Assembly (NCBI RefSeq): GCF_006345805.1
Contig: NC_042998.1
Span: 193,440,001-193,504,000, forward strand
Reading direction: 5' to 3'
Origin: Octopus sinensis
Lineage: Eukaryota
DNA length: 64,000 nucleotides
A program made the position numbers and the translations under genes. This document shows positions 39,317-52,362 of the stretch, piece after piece. The notes below the pieces were generated by a model that worked only from the letters and a program-made list of their open reading frames with translations, ran no database searches and was not told the DNA's origin. Within the stretch, counting starts at the first letter, position 1. Each line of letters begins with the position of its first letter.

Positions 39317-39716
39317 TACTCTTTTACTTGTTTCAGTCATTTGACTGCGGCCATGCTGGAGCACCGCCTTTAATCGAGCAACTCGACCCCGGGACTTATT
39401 CTCTTTGTAAGCCCAGTACTTATTCTATCGGTCTCTTTTGCCGAACCGCTAAGTAACGGGGACATAAACACACCAGCATCGGTTGTCAATCAATGCTAGG
39501 GGGACAAACACATACACACAAACACACACACGCATATATGTATACATATATACGACGGGCTTCTTTCAGTTTCCGTCTACCAAATCCACTCACAAGGCTT
39601 TGGTCGGCCCGAGGTTATAGTAGAAGACACTTGCCCAAGGGGCCACGCAGTGGGACTGAACCCGGAACCATGTGGTTGGTAAACAAGCTACTTACCACAC
39701 AGCCACTCCTGCGCCT
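39317..39716 (-). mobile_element. OR2-like SINE
   Basis: Homologous to 35655-36070. Confidence 0.9.
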
Positions 39717-40260
39717 ATATAATATTCAGATATATTATTGTTGTAGCAATTATTTCCACTATCATTATGCGAAGCTTATTATCACTTTTGATGTGAAATT
39801 ATATAATTGTGTCATTGAAAACTTTGACATCTCATGAAATAAATTCAAAGTTCATTTAACAGCATCCTGTGTCAATAAATTCCACGGTGTAGTTGTCATT
39901 ATCATCACAACCATATTTATTTTGTTTTCTGCCGCCATGTTCTTTCTTCTCAAAAAAATATTTTATGTGTCACCTACGTTCACATTTCTCTCTATCTTTC
40001 CCTCACTCTCTCTCTCTCCTCTCTCTCTCTCTCATTTCTTTCTCTCCCCCTCTCTTTTCCCTATCTCCCCCATTCTATTCTTCCTATCTATTTTTCTATC
40101 TTTTCGTTGTCATTTTCCCCTGTAACTCCACTTCAAGAATTCTTTTTTAATAAAATATCTAACGAGCTTATCTGCGCATTGATTTGACCATCTGGCACGA
40201 AATAAATATACTGCAGTTTGAAACGGAACTTGCAATACACACACACACACACACACACAC

Positions 40261-41183
40261 AAGAGGTTGCTGACAGAGAGCAAAGAGGGTGTCGGCAGAG
40301 ATCAAGGAGGAGTGCCGACAGAGATCAAAGAGGCGCGCCGAAAGAGATCAAAGATGAGTCCCGACAGAGATCAAAGAGGAGTTCCGACAGAGATCAAAGA
40401 GGAGTGCCGACAGAGATCAAAGAGGGTGTCAACAGATATCAAAGAGGGTGCCGACAGACATCAAAGAGGGTGCCGACAGAGATCAAGGAGGAGTGCTGAC
40501 AGAGAACAATGAGGGTGCCGACAGAGATCAAAGAGGAGTGCCGACAGAGATCAAAGAGGAGTGCCGGCATTGATTAAAGAGGGGTGCCGACAGAGATCAA
40601 AGAGGAGTGCCGACAGAGATCAAAGACGGTGCCGACAGACATCAAAGACGGTGCCGACAGACATCATAGAGGGTGTCGACAGAGATCAAAGAGGAGTGCC
40701 GACAGAGATCAAAGAGGGTGTCAACAGACATCAAAGAGGGTGTCTATAGACATCAAAGAGGGTGCCGACAGAGAACAATGAAGGTGCCGACAGAGATCAA
40801 AGAGGAGTGCCGACAGAGATCAAAGAGGGGTGCCGACAGATCAAAGATAGTGCCGACATATATCAAAGAGGGTGCTGACAGAGATCAAAGAGCAGTGCCG
40901 ACAGAGATCAAAGCTGGGTGCCGACAGAGATCAAAGAGGGTGCCGACAGACAACATAGAGGGTGTCGACAGACATCAAAGAGGGTGCCGACAGAGAACAA
41001 AGATGGTGTCGACAGACATCAAAGATGGTGTCGACAGAGATCAAAGAGGAGTGCCGACAGAGAACAAAGAGGATGCCGACAGAGATCAAAGAGGATTGCC
41101 GACAGAGATCAAAGATGAGTGCCGACAGAGATCAAAGAGGGGTGCCGACAGAGATCAAAGATGGTGCCGACAGACATCAAAGG
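40261..41183. repeat. Minisatellite, 22-23-bp unit gtgccgacagagatcaaagagg(a), about 40 copies
   Basis: Direct reading; units differ by substitutions and 1-bp indels. Confidence 0.95.
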
Positions 41184-41987
41184 AAATGTGTATGTGTCCA
41201 TGTGTCCATGTACAGGGCAAGAGTTAGGAGAATATATATATATGTAGGTCCCGGGTTGAGTCGGGGTTAACCACAGTTAATAAGTTACTCAATACATAGC
41301 AGGGTATTTCATTTAGTCATGCTGGCACCCTGGGGAGGGTCTACTCCAGCACCACTAAATGTGTGTCGGCGGGTAGGTAGGTCATATATTACACCCTTTA
41401 TGACTCTGAAGAGGTCAAAATAAAAATTAAAATAAAAATAAAAATAAAATAAGGGAGGAAATGTGTGTGTATATATGTGCATGTATACATATATAGATAT
41501 ATATATATGTATATGTATATGTGTGTGTGTGTATGGGTGTGTATATATTTTATATATATATATATGTGTGTAGAGATATGTGTGCGTGTGCTTGCATGTT
41601 GGCATGTATGTGTATGTGTATTTGTATATATATGTATATGTGTGTATGTATATATGTGTGTGTGTATGTATGAGTATGTGTATATGTGTATATATATATA
41701 TATGTATATATGTGTATATGTGTATATATATATATAAGCGATAGTTTTTTATTTACTTAAAACTCTATTCTATTATTCTATTTATTCATTTATCTACTTT
41801 ATCACTGATTCTTTTGACCACTCCCCTAAGAAAGATAATTTGTGCCCTGCTTACCCAAAAAATCCCCCACCACCACCCCATTAAATCTGCCTAAATGTAT
41901 AAATGCCAAAACTGATTTTGACAGCAAGCTTCCTGAAGATTTCATTTGAATGAAACAGTTCTAGTCCTGTAGAAGCTCCTTCTATAA

Positions 41988-42022
<35 letters not shown>

Positions 42023-42034
42023 TGATATGTAGAA

Positions 42035-42365
42035 AAATACAAACTGAGACAAGAACGCATAAAAACTTAGAAGACGATACAACAAACACAGGCAGGACAT
42101 TCGAAGCCCTCAGTCTTCAGTTAAGAACCGGATCATCGTAGTAATTTCGGCTGATTAATCTTGAGATTACTAGAACCGGCCAGCCCTCCAGGAATAACTA
42201 ACCGACGAGCATTAGAAAAACTAAGCTAGGAGCGTAGATTTCCTGGAAGAAGGATCGAATGCATACGAACACAGGGACAGCAAAACGGACGGTGCCACAC
42301 GAATATAAAAAACAAAAAAACAATAATGAAATACAAAAACGTGAAATACAAAAGCAATAATGGTA
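42035..42365 (-). mobile_element. Penelope-like terminal-repeat fragment
   Basis: gacattcgaagccctcagtcttcagttaagaaccggatcatc, the reverse of the 10205 family motif. Confidence 0.45.
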
Positions 42366-42425
<60 letters not shown>

Positions 42426-42433
42426 ATATACAT

Positions 42434-42790
42434 GCGCAGGAGTGGCTGTGTGGTAAGAAGCTTGCTTACCAAACACAGTTCTCAGTTCAGTCCCACTGTC
42501 TGGCACCTTGGGCAAGTGTCTTCTAGTATAACCTCTGGTCGATCAAAGCCTTGTGAGTGGATTTGGTTGACAGAAACTGAAAGAAGCCTGTCATGCTTTG
42601 TCCCCCATCACCACCATCACTTAACAACTGATGTTGGTGTGTTTACGTCCCCATAACTTAGCGGTTTGACAAAAGAGACTGATAGAATAACTACTAAGCT
42701 TACAAAGAATAAGTCCTGTGGTCAATTTGTCTGACTAAAAAGCGGTGCTCCAGCATGGCCGCAGTCAAATGACTGAAACAAATAAAAGAA
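42434..42790 (+). mobile_element. OR2-like SINE
   Basis: Head, core and tail present. Confidence 0.85.
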
Positions 42791-42799
42791 TATATATAT

Positions 42800-43206
42800 A
42801 GGCGCAGGAGTGGCTTTGTGGTAAGTAGCTTGCTAACCAGCCACATGGTTCCGGGTTCAGTCCCACTGTGTGGCATCTTGGGCAAGTGTCTTCTGCTATA
42901 GCCCCGGGTCGACCTTGTGAGTGAATTTGATAGACGGAAACTGAAAGAAGCCTGTCGTATATATATATATATATATGTGTGTATGTGTGTGTCTGTTTGT
43001 GTGTCTGTGTTTGTCCCTCTAGCTTGACAACCGATGCTGGTGTGTTTACGTCCCCGTCACCTAGCGGTTCGGCAAAAAGAGACCGATAGAATAAGTACTG
43101 GGCTTACAAAGAATAAGTCCTGGGGTCGATTTGCTCGACTGAAGACGGTGCTCCAGCATGGCCGCAGTCAAAATGACTGAAACAAGTAAAATAGAGTAAA
43201 AGAGTA
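42800..43206 (+). mobile_element. OR2-like SINE
   Basis: Full length, directly after the previous copy. Confidence 0.9.
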
Positions 43207-43404
43207 TACATATATATATATATTCTTATACCTATGAATCTGTAAATATTCAATTATTATTCAATGATATTCTTACTATTTTTGCCGTGGTCGAATGTTG
43301 ATCTTTGAGGCTGGAATAAAGGTTTGTTGGTGGGTTTGTTTCGTTGTTATTTTCGTATAAATGTCAACTTGTTTACAGATGTATTTTGCTGGAACCAGTA
43401 AATG

Positions 43405-43578
43405 GCACAACGTTCTGAGTTCAAATTCCACCGAGGTCGACTTTGCCTTTCATCCTTTCGGGGTCTATTAAATAAGTACCAGTTACGCTCTGGGGATCGA
43501 TATAATCGACTTAATCTCTTTGTCTGCCCTTGTTTGTTCCCTCTGTGTGTAGCCCATTGTGGGCAGTAAAGAAATAAG
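43405..43578 (+). mobile_element. 5'-truncated OR1-like SINE, long tail
   Basis: gttctgagttcaaattcc...gcccattgtgggcagtaaagaaata. Confidence 0.85.
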
Positions 43579-43580
43579 AA

Positions 43581-44959
43581 AGGACTGTTGTTTATAGAAC
43601 TTACGCCACAGTAGCAAGGAAAATTGAAGTAGTGTCGGAGGCACATGTGGAAAAGGCACTGAGGTCAGTCTGGCAGGAGATATCTTACCTTGCCAGAGGA
43701 CGAAAATATGGAACGATGGAGGTGCAGTTTAAAGAGATAGCAACTGCTAAACTGTACTCGGCCACACCGTTGAAAACGGATGAGGTGGTATTGCTACCTG
43801 TGTATCTTGGGAGACGGACCACCAGGGTTCGGGTGGAGGACATACCACCGGAAGTAAATGTAGCCTGGTTGGTGGCTGCCGTGCTGCTGGGCATGGAGGA
43901 GAAGGTGGTGATCCTGCAGGGCACTAGAACTCCCTAAAGGGATTGGAGTTGATAAACCCTGGAAATGATGGTACAGGTCGCGGAGGAGGACCTAGAAAAG
44001 ATGGTAGAAAACATCTTAGAGTGCAGGTGTTACGTGCGGTATTATGTGAGGTGTTATGAGCGGTGTTATGTAGCCTGAAGGACCACATTAGAACGGAATG
44101 CCTCCACTATTGGAAAAGGCTGAGGAGGGTGAAAGAGGGATAAATGCTCCACAGCCCATGGATGAAGAATTAAGTAACGGGGAACCACAGAAGACAGGCA
44201 CCAGTGTCGAGAAGGAGGAAGAATCAAATACCAGTTGGGAAATGGTGGAGAAAATGAGCAGGAAGAGGAGGAAAAAGATACACATGGTAAAAAATGACCC
44301 CCGACCACACCCACACGGCCCTCACCTACACCCACTCTTCCCCAACCACTCCCTACAGACACAAACCCGCCCCATGCCCAGACTGACAAAAAGCAATTGC
44401 AAACACACAGGAGCCTCAAAGCTACCCACCCCCACCCTGTAATGAAAAATTCGTATTAATGTACAATGGACAGATTGAAGAATTGGATAACGAAGTAAAT
44501 CGTGGGACGGAATAGTCAAGGTGGATATAGCAGGTGTAAAAGGTTAGCCCGAGAACGATTATTGCGTGCGAACGGACCAAGAGAACCTGTTGAAGGTACA
44601 TGAGTACATGGAAAACTATGACTGCGGGTGGTGGTACAAAAAAATAGACACCAGCACAATGCCGGAAAGAATAAGGTAGGTGGACATTTTAAAGAAATAT
44701 AATATAGGCATTTTGAAAAAAGATGGGGCTTCAATTATTGTAAAATATAAATAAGTGTATTCCAAAGTTAGTTACAAATGGAAATTCAAATGGCGTTGCA
44801 AAGGCTTCAATGAAGTCGCCCGGGGATGCGGCCGAGCGACTTCATTTCATCTTTCATTGTATAATTTCATTTCATTTCATTCGTTTTTATGGGGGGGGGA
44901 TTGTCCCCATCTTGTGCTGTCCCCTCTAGTGAGGTCTTTATGGCCAATTTCATGAAATA
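43581..44959 (+). mobile_element. Degenerate ORF1-only non-LTR element (E2), 5' part missing
   Basis: RTVVYRTY...RGRKYGT...PLKTDEVVLLPVYLGRRTTRV aligns by eye with the ORF at 53471; knuckle remnant C-SLKD-H-IRTE-C near 44065-44100; no EN/RT; 3' hairpin 44810-44845; ends ctttatggccaatttcatgaaata. Confidence 0.75.
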
Positions 44960-45284
44960 AAGATGTTTGCTTCCCATCCACGTGGTTCCGGGTTCAGTCC
45001 CACTGTGTGGTACATGGGGCAAGCGTCTTCTACTATAGCCCCGGGCAGAGCAAAACCTTGTGAGTGGATTTGGTAGACGAAACTGAAAGAAGCCCTACCA
45101 CCATCGCTTGACAACCGATGTTGAGGTGTTTACGTACCCGTAACTTAGCGGTTCAATAAAAGAGGCTGATAGAATAAATACTGGGCTTACAAAGAATAAG
45201 TCCTTGGGTCGATGTGCTCGCCTAAAGGCGGTGCTCCAGCATGGTCCCAGTCAAGTGACTGAAACAAGTAGAAGAATAAAAGAA
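44960..45284 (+). mobile_element. OR2-like SINE lacking its head up to the E2 junction
   Basis: aagatgtttgcttcccatccacgtggttccgggttcagtcccact continues into the full body and tail. Confidence 0.85.
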
Positions 45285-46064
45285 TGCATACATAGTATAT
45301 ATTAGTATATATTCATACACGTATACATTGATGTGCATGTGTGTGTGTGCGCGGGTGTTTGGGTGTAGACTGTGTACGTGTGCGTGCGTGTACGCATAAA
45401 TATTGTATACTAAAAATATTAAAATGTCTGAATAGCTAAATTGGAATAGAATTATGTATAATTACGCATAACGCAATCCCGTACAGTTTTGATTTTGATT
45501 TTTTTTTTCACTTACATAACGAGACAATTAATCTTCAAAAGTAGTAAGTATTTAAATTTTTTTTGTTTTTCATGGAATATTGTCACAAAGTGTTATATTA
45601 TCATGTTGATAAAAATTGATATTAAATTTTAAAGAAATGAAAATATGTACACGCAACTGATGATAACAAAATATAGATCAAAGCTTGTCAATGAAACAAT
45701 ATTACGTACAGTAATATATTAGACGCAATCAAAAACTAAAACTCTATTGGGGAAGCTATATAATTTACAATATATATTTTAGAATATATAATTTACTATA
45801 TATAATTTTCTGTAGTCATGAAAATAGCAATGCAATACGGTTCTGGAATATCTACAATATAACATTTTTACACCAAATCTCTTGCATATTCTTTGTAATT
45901 ATGGTCCTTGCCTACTTTTTTTTTCTTATCTATCCTTTTATTTATCAATTTGTGTATGTGTGTGTGCGCGTGTGCGTGTGTGCGCGTGTGCGTGTGTGCG
46001 TATGTGTGATGTACGTATGTATGTATGTATAAGTATATACATACATATATATAATATATATATA

Positions 46065-46110
<46 letters not shown>

Positions 46111-46156
46111 TATATATGTATATTATATATGTATATATATGTATATTATGTGTATG

Positions 46157-46188
<32 letters not shown>

Positions 46189-46240
46189 TAAATACATATA
46201 TTTATGTCAGTATGTGAATCTTTGTGCATGTGCGCATCTG

Positions 46241-46283
<43 letters not shown>

Positions 46284-46487
46284 CGTGTGTGTGTGTGTGT
46301 TGTGTGTGTTGTCGTGTTCCAACGCGTGGTACCGTAGAATAGAACAGAAAACTTAATGCTTTCAGCTTTTATGCCGTGACAATCACTCGTACACAGAGAT
46401 ACCCTTACACGCGCGCACAAACATACATATCATATCTGAGTATGTATATATGTGTATGTATATACATATGTTGCACTTCCTCTCCCG

Positions 46488-46544
<57 letters not shown>

Positions 46545-47199
46545 TTCTCACACATATATACACATGCAGACATGGAAATAAACGCGTATTTAGATACACT
46601 TAAAATTAGATGGAGTATTTATGTGTACTGACTTTGTAACCATAGGCAGATATCCATTTATACTAGCTTGTGACTGTAGCTGTAAACGTATAAGCTATGA
46701 ACGTGTATGTGTGTATGTGTGTGTATGCGTGTGTGTGTATGTGTGTGTGTGTGTGTGTGCATGTTTGAGTGTGTATGTGTGTGTGTGTGCTTGTGTGTGT
46801 AAGTCTGGGTCGTTACTCGTGTGCCTGCGTGTTTGTCATGATTGATATTAATGGGTATATCAGTGTGGTCCTATATCCGCCTGTGTATCTATGCATGTAT
46901 ATCTATGCTTGTGTGCATGTGTGTGTGTGTGGTGTATGTACATACGTGTGACATTGTTGTCGTAATTCTATTGTTGCCCGACTACACTTTATACAACACC
47001 AATGAAGATAACCTTGAGTCCAGCACCTTAAACTTACACAGTCAGGGACCAAAATCATTCGACTCGCAAGAAATAGCTGCCAAGTCTCCCTCAAACTACA
47101 CCCTATCTTGCTAGAAAACGAGTCGTCGAGGAACTGGGTCCTAGATTTTCTGCATTTGGGAAAAAAAACTGTGCGGTTAGGTCCGGAGTACCCTTGATC

Positions 47200-47281
47200 A
47201 TGATGGTACAGGTCGCAGAGGAGGACCTAGAAAGGATGGTAGAAAACATTTTAGAGTACAGGTGGTATGTGCGGTGTTATG
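47200..47281 (+). mobile_element. Fragment of the E2 family
   Basis: 75 of 82 nt identical to 43965-44046 by manual comparison. Confidence 0.8.
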
Positions 47282-47509
47282 ATGTGGGTCGACAAAATGA
47301 ACAACAGCACCACCGTTGCAGTTTCTACTTTATTCACACAGCCTGTTGAATATAGCAATTCCACCCCACCACCAAATAGCACACCACTATCTTTAAAAAG
47401 AAAGAGAAAGGAACAACGCATTACGTAATATATTCATTTAATGATACGCAAAACCTCTCATTTTAAGGTGTTGAAATGTATAACTTATTATAAGTTATAT
47501 GTAAAATCT

Positions 47510-47730
47510 ATTTCTTTACTACCCACAAGGGGCTAACACAGAAGAGACAAACAAGAACAGACAGAGGGATTAAGTATTATATCGACCCCAGAGCGTAACT
47601 AATACTTATTTAATCGACCCCGAAAGGATGAACGGTAAAGTCGGCCTCGGCGGAATTTGTACTCAGAACATAGCGGCGGACGAAATACCGCTACGCATTT
47701 TTCCTGTCGTGCTAACGGTTCTGCGGCTCG
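47510..47730 (-). mobile_element. OR1-like SINE, long tail
   Basis: Homologous to 31768-32001. Confidence 0.85.
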
Positions 47731-49859
47731 CAGTTATATGTAAGATCTTTTAAGTTCAGTTGAGGCCCAAATACCAACTTAATAATGATGAAGCTAGTTT
47801 TATTCTTAAGTGTTTTTAAGATTAATTGAAGCAACCACTGTATTTCATTAGAAATGCGTTGTTGAAAGGGTTAATTTCTAAACGATTCTATATTCCTACG
47901 TCAACAAATGTTCACTTCTTTGCATTTACTTCATGATACGGCAACAACTAATATAACAAAGTTATATGAACGCTATTCTTTGCTAATAAATATGCTCAGA
48001 AACATGTGTAGTGTTGTCTCCCTTGTATGCCGAAAAAATGAACGAATGGTATTAGTTGATATTAGTCATCAGTTGTGTAGTCATTTCTTGCATACTTAGA
48101 TCCTTTTAAGTATTGTAGCAGAATTTATAATAAGTAAAACAAAACCAGTCACTTACCAATGAGTACTCTGCAGAACGATGGTTGGTCTTAATTTCATTAA
48201 AAGATGTGTCTCCTATGAATATGATTGTCTTGTTGAATATCTATTGATCCCTTTCATCGCTCTACCAATGCAACACGGGTTATAAATTTGCAAAATATAT
48301 GGGTTCATATCCGTTTGGATTTATTCTCGCTGAAACATGGTTTAGATCGTTTCATCTTTTAGTCAGAGGAAGAAGAGTTTTTAGAATCTCCGAGAAGTGG
48401 CGAAGCTATTCTACGACCAGATACCAAGGTTGACTGCTTGGAGAAAACCCGTCTATGCTAAAACACAACAGGAAAGGATAAGATTATGGTATTAAAATAT
48501 TAAAACGTCTATTCCATCTAAGAAAAATGTTCCTCCGATGGGGTTACACAGTTTCGGTTCCCCAGGGTTTGAGAAGATCAAACCAATGAGTTAAGCATCA
48601 TATGAGTCGATATAATGGGACCATTGTTATCTTACAGCACTAATAATACATAGCTTGCATTTAGGCCCCATGACCTACCCCGGTCCCTTAGGTTATATTA
48701 CTTCTGTTGTTGTTCAGATCTCGGTGAGACATCAACCTATGATGAAAAAGGTTACGGCCTTGACTATTTCATCATATTTTTATACAAACACCGCTGTACG
48801 TAGAAATATATTGTCTATTTTTTTAAGACAGTATGTTGTAATTTCGGAACGATATAGTTACTACTCTAGTAGGTCGAGTGACCTCATAAACGTTCCATTT
48901 GTTGATTTGTTATTAAACTCAAAGAAGAGTGCTGCTAGAGTTTCCTTGATTTTCTATACTGAATTGTCTCTAAATTCCGTCAGTTATTTTATATTTTTTC
49001 TTGCAAAAGTTAACATATATTTCGTCTACGTAATTGTAATGCATTGTTAGAAACTTCATCTTGAAGCTAATTTTGCTTACCTGAACTATTATGTGTGAAA
49101 AACAAAGAGAGAGACAATATTTTACATAAGCCTATCTTAAATAATTTCATATAGTTAGTTTCTGGTTTATTTTTTAAGTACATAAATGTCTCTGAATTGT
49201 TTAAATATTGTGCTAATGTTAGAAATATCGTTGATACATTTACTTTGATATATGTTTTAAAATCTGCATTATTTCCAAGGCCCGTGTTGATTCGGCAGTC
49301 GCTAAAAGATTAATGGCTGGAAGTCTGCAATAAAGAAGGGTGAGAAACAGAAGCGTCAAAAGAATGGTTACATCATATAGCAATGTATAGTTTGAAACTT
49401 TAATCATAAGTCTTTGATATGATAATATTTTCAAGAAGTAAACTTTCTTGATGCCCTGAACCAGAACAAAGTAACAGGTAAATAGCCGGGTTTTTTTTTC
49501 TAGTTTTCGCTTTCGTATATCAAAATGTCGCTTTTAACAAATAATGGTCTGTATTTATAACATCTTTAAGAACCGTTATGTTGTTCATTCTTTCATCAAC
49601 AACTCAGAATTTCAATCTACACACAAATACATACATACACAAACACATATACAAATGCTCCTGCACGCACACACGAACACACGCGTAGTTGCACACATCA
49701 CACCTTACTATATAATCAACGATGCCACAACACACAACCATTTTTTACATTCACGTGACGCACTCTAGGGTTATAATCAATGCTAAGACATACGCAGACA
49801 TACACTTGTAAACATACACACACGCATACACATATACACACGCACATATACACACACGC

Positions 49860-50261
49860 ATATATGTAGAGATATACAAATATACGTATGTATGTATGTA
49901 TTAACAATTATCTACCTATCAATCTCTCTATGGACTTCTCTCTCTTTTACTATATATATATAAATATATATATACATATGTGTGTATACATGTATATATA
50001 TGTGTGTGTTTGTGTATGTATATGTATGTATTTACGTATATATATATATATATATATATATAATCTCGCACAATAACGTATATATATATATACACATATA
50101 TATATATGCATGTATATATATATATATATATAATATATATATATGTGTGTGTGGTGTGTGTGTTTGTGTTGTGTGTATATGTATGTATTTACGTATATAT
50201 ATATATAATCTCGAACAATAATGTATATATATATATATATATACACACATGTGTGTATACA

Positions 50262-50310
<49 letters not shown>

Positions 50311-50375
50311 GTATGTATGTATGTATGTATGTATGTATGTATGTATGTATGTATGTATGTATGTATGTATAGTAT
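49860..50375. repeat. (AT)n/(GT)n/(GTAT)n microsatellite block
   Basis: Direct reading. Confidence 0.95.
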
Positions 50376-50728
50376 AAAGTGTGCGTGTATTTCCATTCCC
50401 ATATACAAACACCTATCCATCCACACTCATCCCAACCGCTATCAGACTGCCTTTTAAGCTACTTATCACCTAACTACATCTGTGTTGTGCTATCCTACTT
50501 CCAAAGTGACAGTAAGCACATTGCAGCAATCCTATTGTAAATCTCTATATATTTTTCTGCAAACCCAACAGTTTCTCGGCCTTAATCTTCTCTTTCAACA
50601 GAATTATTTCCTCCATCAAAAACCTTCACCTTTTCCCCCATCATTTGTTTTACTCTTATCGCCAGCACCTACATATTTATAAATGTACATATGTATATAC
50701 ATAGATATGTATGTATGTATGTGTCTAT

Positions 50729-50774
<46 letters not shown>

Positions 50775-50806
50775 ATCTATCTATCTATCTATCTGTGTGT
50801 GGTGTG

Positions 50807-50884
<78 letters not shown>

Positions 50885-51016
50885 GAGTGAGAATAACGTA
50901 GCAGAATTGAGCGGGTCAAATACTAGAGAGAGAGGGTAGCTGATAAAATATATTTAAGTGTAGAAGAGAGCGAAAAATTTTGTCAATCGCAAAAACATTT
51001 CGAACATTAGTGAGAT

Positions 51017-51063
<47 letters not shown>

Positions 51064-51118
51064 CATACATACATACATACATACATACATACATACATAC
51101 ATACATACATACATAGAC

Positions 51119-51175
<57 letters not shown>

Positions 51176-51187
51176 CATACATACATT

Positions 51188-51915
51188 CGTCCCTTCCTGT
51201 ATTTCACGTTCATTATATATAAAAACATTCATTCTTATATTATTGCGGCGTTACGTGCACCCCCCCCCCCGTTTGTTTGTCCAATTTTAAACCCTGCACG
51301 ACTTCTATACACACTGTCTTTTACTACCCGCCATTGCTTCTTCACCAAACTTTTTGGCGCCCTCCGATTCTTCCCCTCTCTTCCTCCATCCTCCTTAATC
51401 CCTTCTTTCTCCTCTCTGGTCACTGATTCTGTCCCCTGCCTTCACACCCTCTTTGATTCCCTTATCTCTCTGTCTCTCTTTCCTCTCTCCTGCTTCTTCA
51501 ACCATTCTGTTGGCCTTCGTATCTCGACCAACATGTGTCCCGCTACCGAAACGGTAATTATTTCTACGCCAGCTGCTATGTTGTTGTTTTGTCTCATTGG
51601 TCTAAAGTCGTATGACAACCACCGTATATATGTTTTGTTTTTTCATTACTGTTTTCAATTTCGTTTTCGTCTCTTGTATTCACATCGTCTTGTGCGTTCA
51701 CATTCCTGTCTTCTACCAAGAAATCTAATGCTTACAGCTTAGTTTTTTTTTTCTTGGGGCTGGCCGAGTTGGAGCAAATATCAGAATTGAACAGCCGAAA
51801 TTTGCTATGATGATTCGGTGTCTGACTGAAGATTGAAGGCTTCGAATGATTTGTCTGTGTTCCGTGTTCGTCCCTTCCTGTATTTCACGTTCATTATATA
51901 TAAAAACATTCATTC

Positions 51916-51918
<3 letters not shown>
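51188..51918 (+). mobile_element. Penelope-like fragment bounded by a ~50-bp direct repeat
   Basis: ttcgtcccttcctgtatttcacgttcattatatataaaaacattcattctta occurs at ~51186 and ~51867; family motif ctgactgaagattgaaggcttcgaatg at ~51820-51848. Confidence 0.5.
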
Positions 51919-51946
<28 letters not shown>

Positions 51947-51953
51947 CATACAT

Positions 51954-51985
<32 letters not shown>

Positions 51986-52134
51986 CATACATACATACAT
52001 GCATGCATGCATATCTATGTATATACATATATATTATACATGTAGACATATTTATATATGAATGCAGATATCTGATATGCATGTGTAAGTGCGTGTGTAC
52101 GCGCATGCGACTGATTTGTGTGTTGTGTAACTAT

Positions 52135-52362
52135 GTATGTGTGTTTGTGTGTCTCTGTCCCCCAGCTTGTGTTTGTGTGTCTCTGTCCCCCAGCTTGACA
52201 ACCGATGCTGGTATGTTTACATCCACATAACTTAGCAGTTCAGCAATAGACTAAGTACAAGCTTTCAAAAAAATAAGTGCTGGGGTCGTTTTGCTCAACG
52301 AAAACCCTTCAAGGCGGTGCCCCATCATGGCCGCAGTCAAATAACTGAAACAAGTAAAAGAC
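52135..52362 (+). mobile_element. 3' half of an OR2-like SINE
   Basis: gcttgacaaccgatgctgg...atggccgcagtcaaataactgaaacaagtaaaag. Confidence 0.75.

Noticed and set aside
40218-41270. Repetitive ORFs or CRISPR-like array
   Set aside because: Units are contiguous with no unique spacers; 22-23-bp period is not codon-phased; eukaryotic context with no cas genes.
41925-41985. CTGAAGA-tttcatttgaat-GAAA hammerhead candidate; similar CTGATGA at ~22899
   Set aside because: Stem III is broken and stem I is not adjacent (41925); no GAAA partner (22899). At best dead relics.
48363-48428. Possible 66-nt exon (ttttag|TCAGAG...ACCAAG|gt, SEEEEFLESPRSGEAILRPDTK)
   Set aside because: Weak donor, no neighbouring exons or homology evidence; needs RNA-seq.
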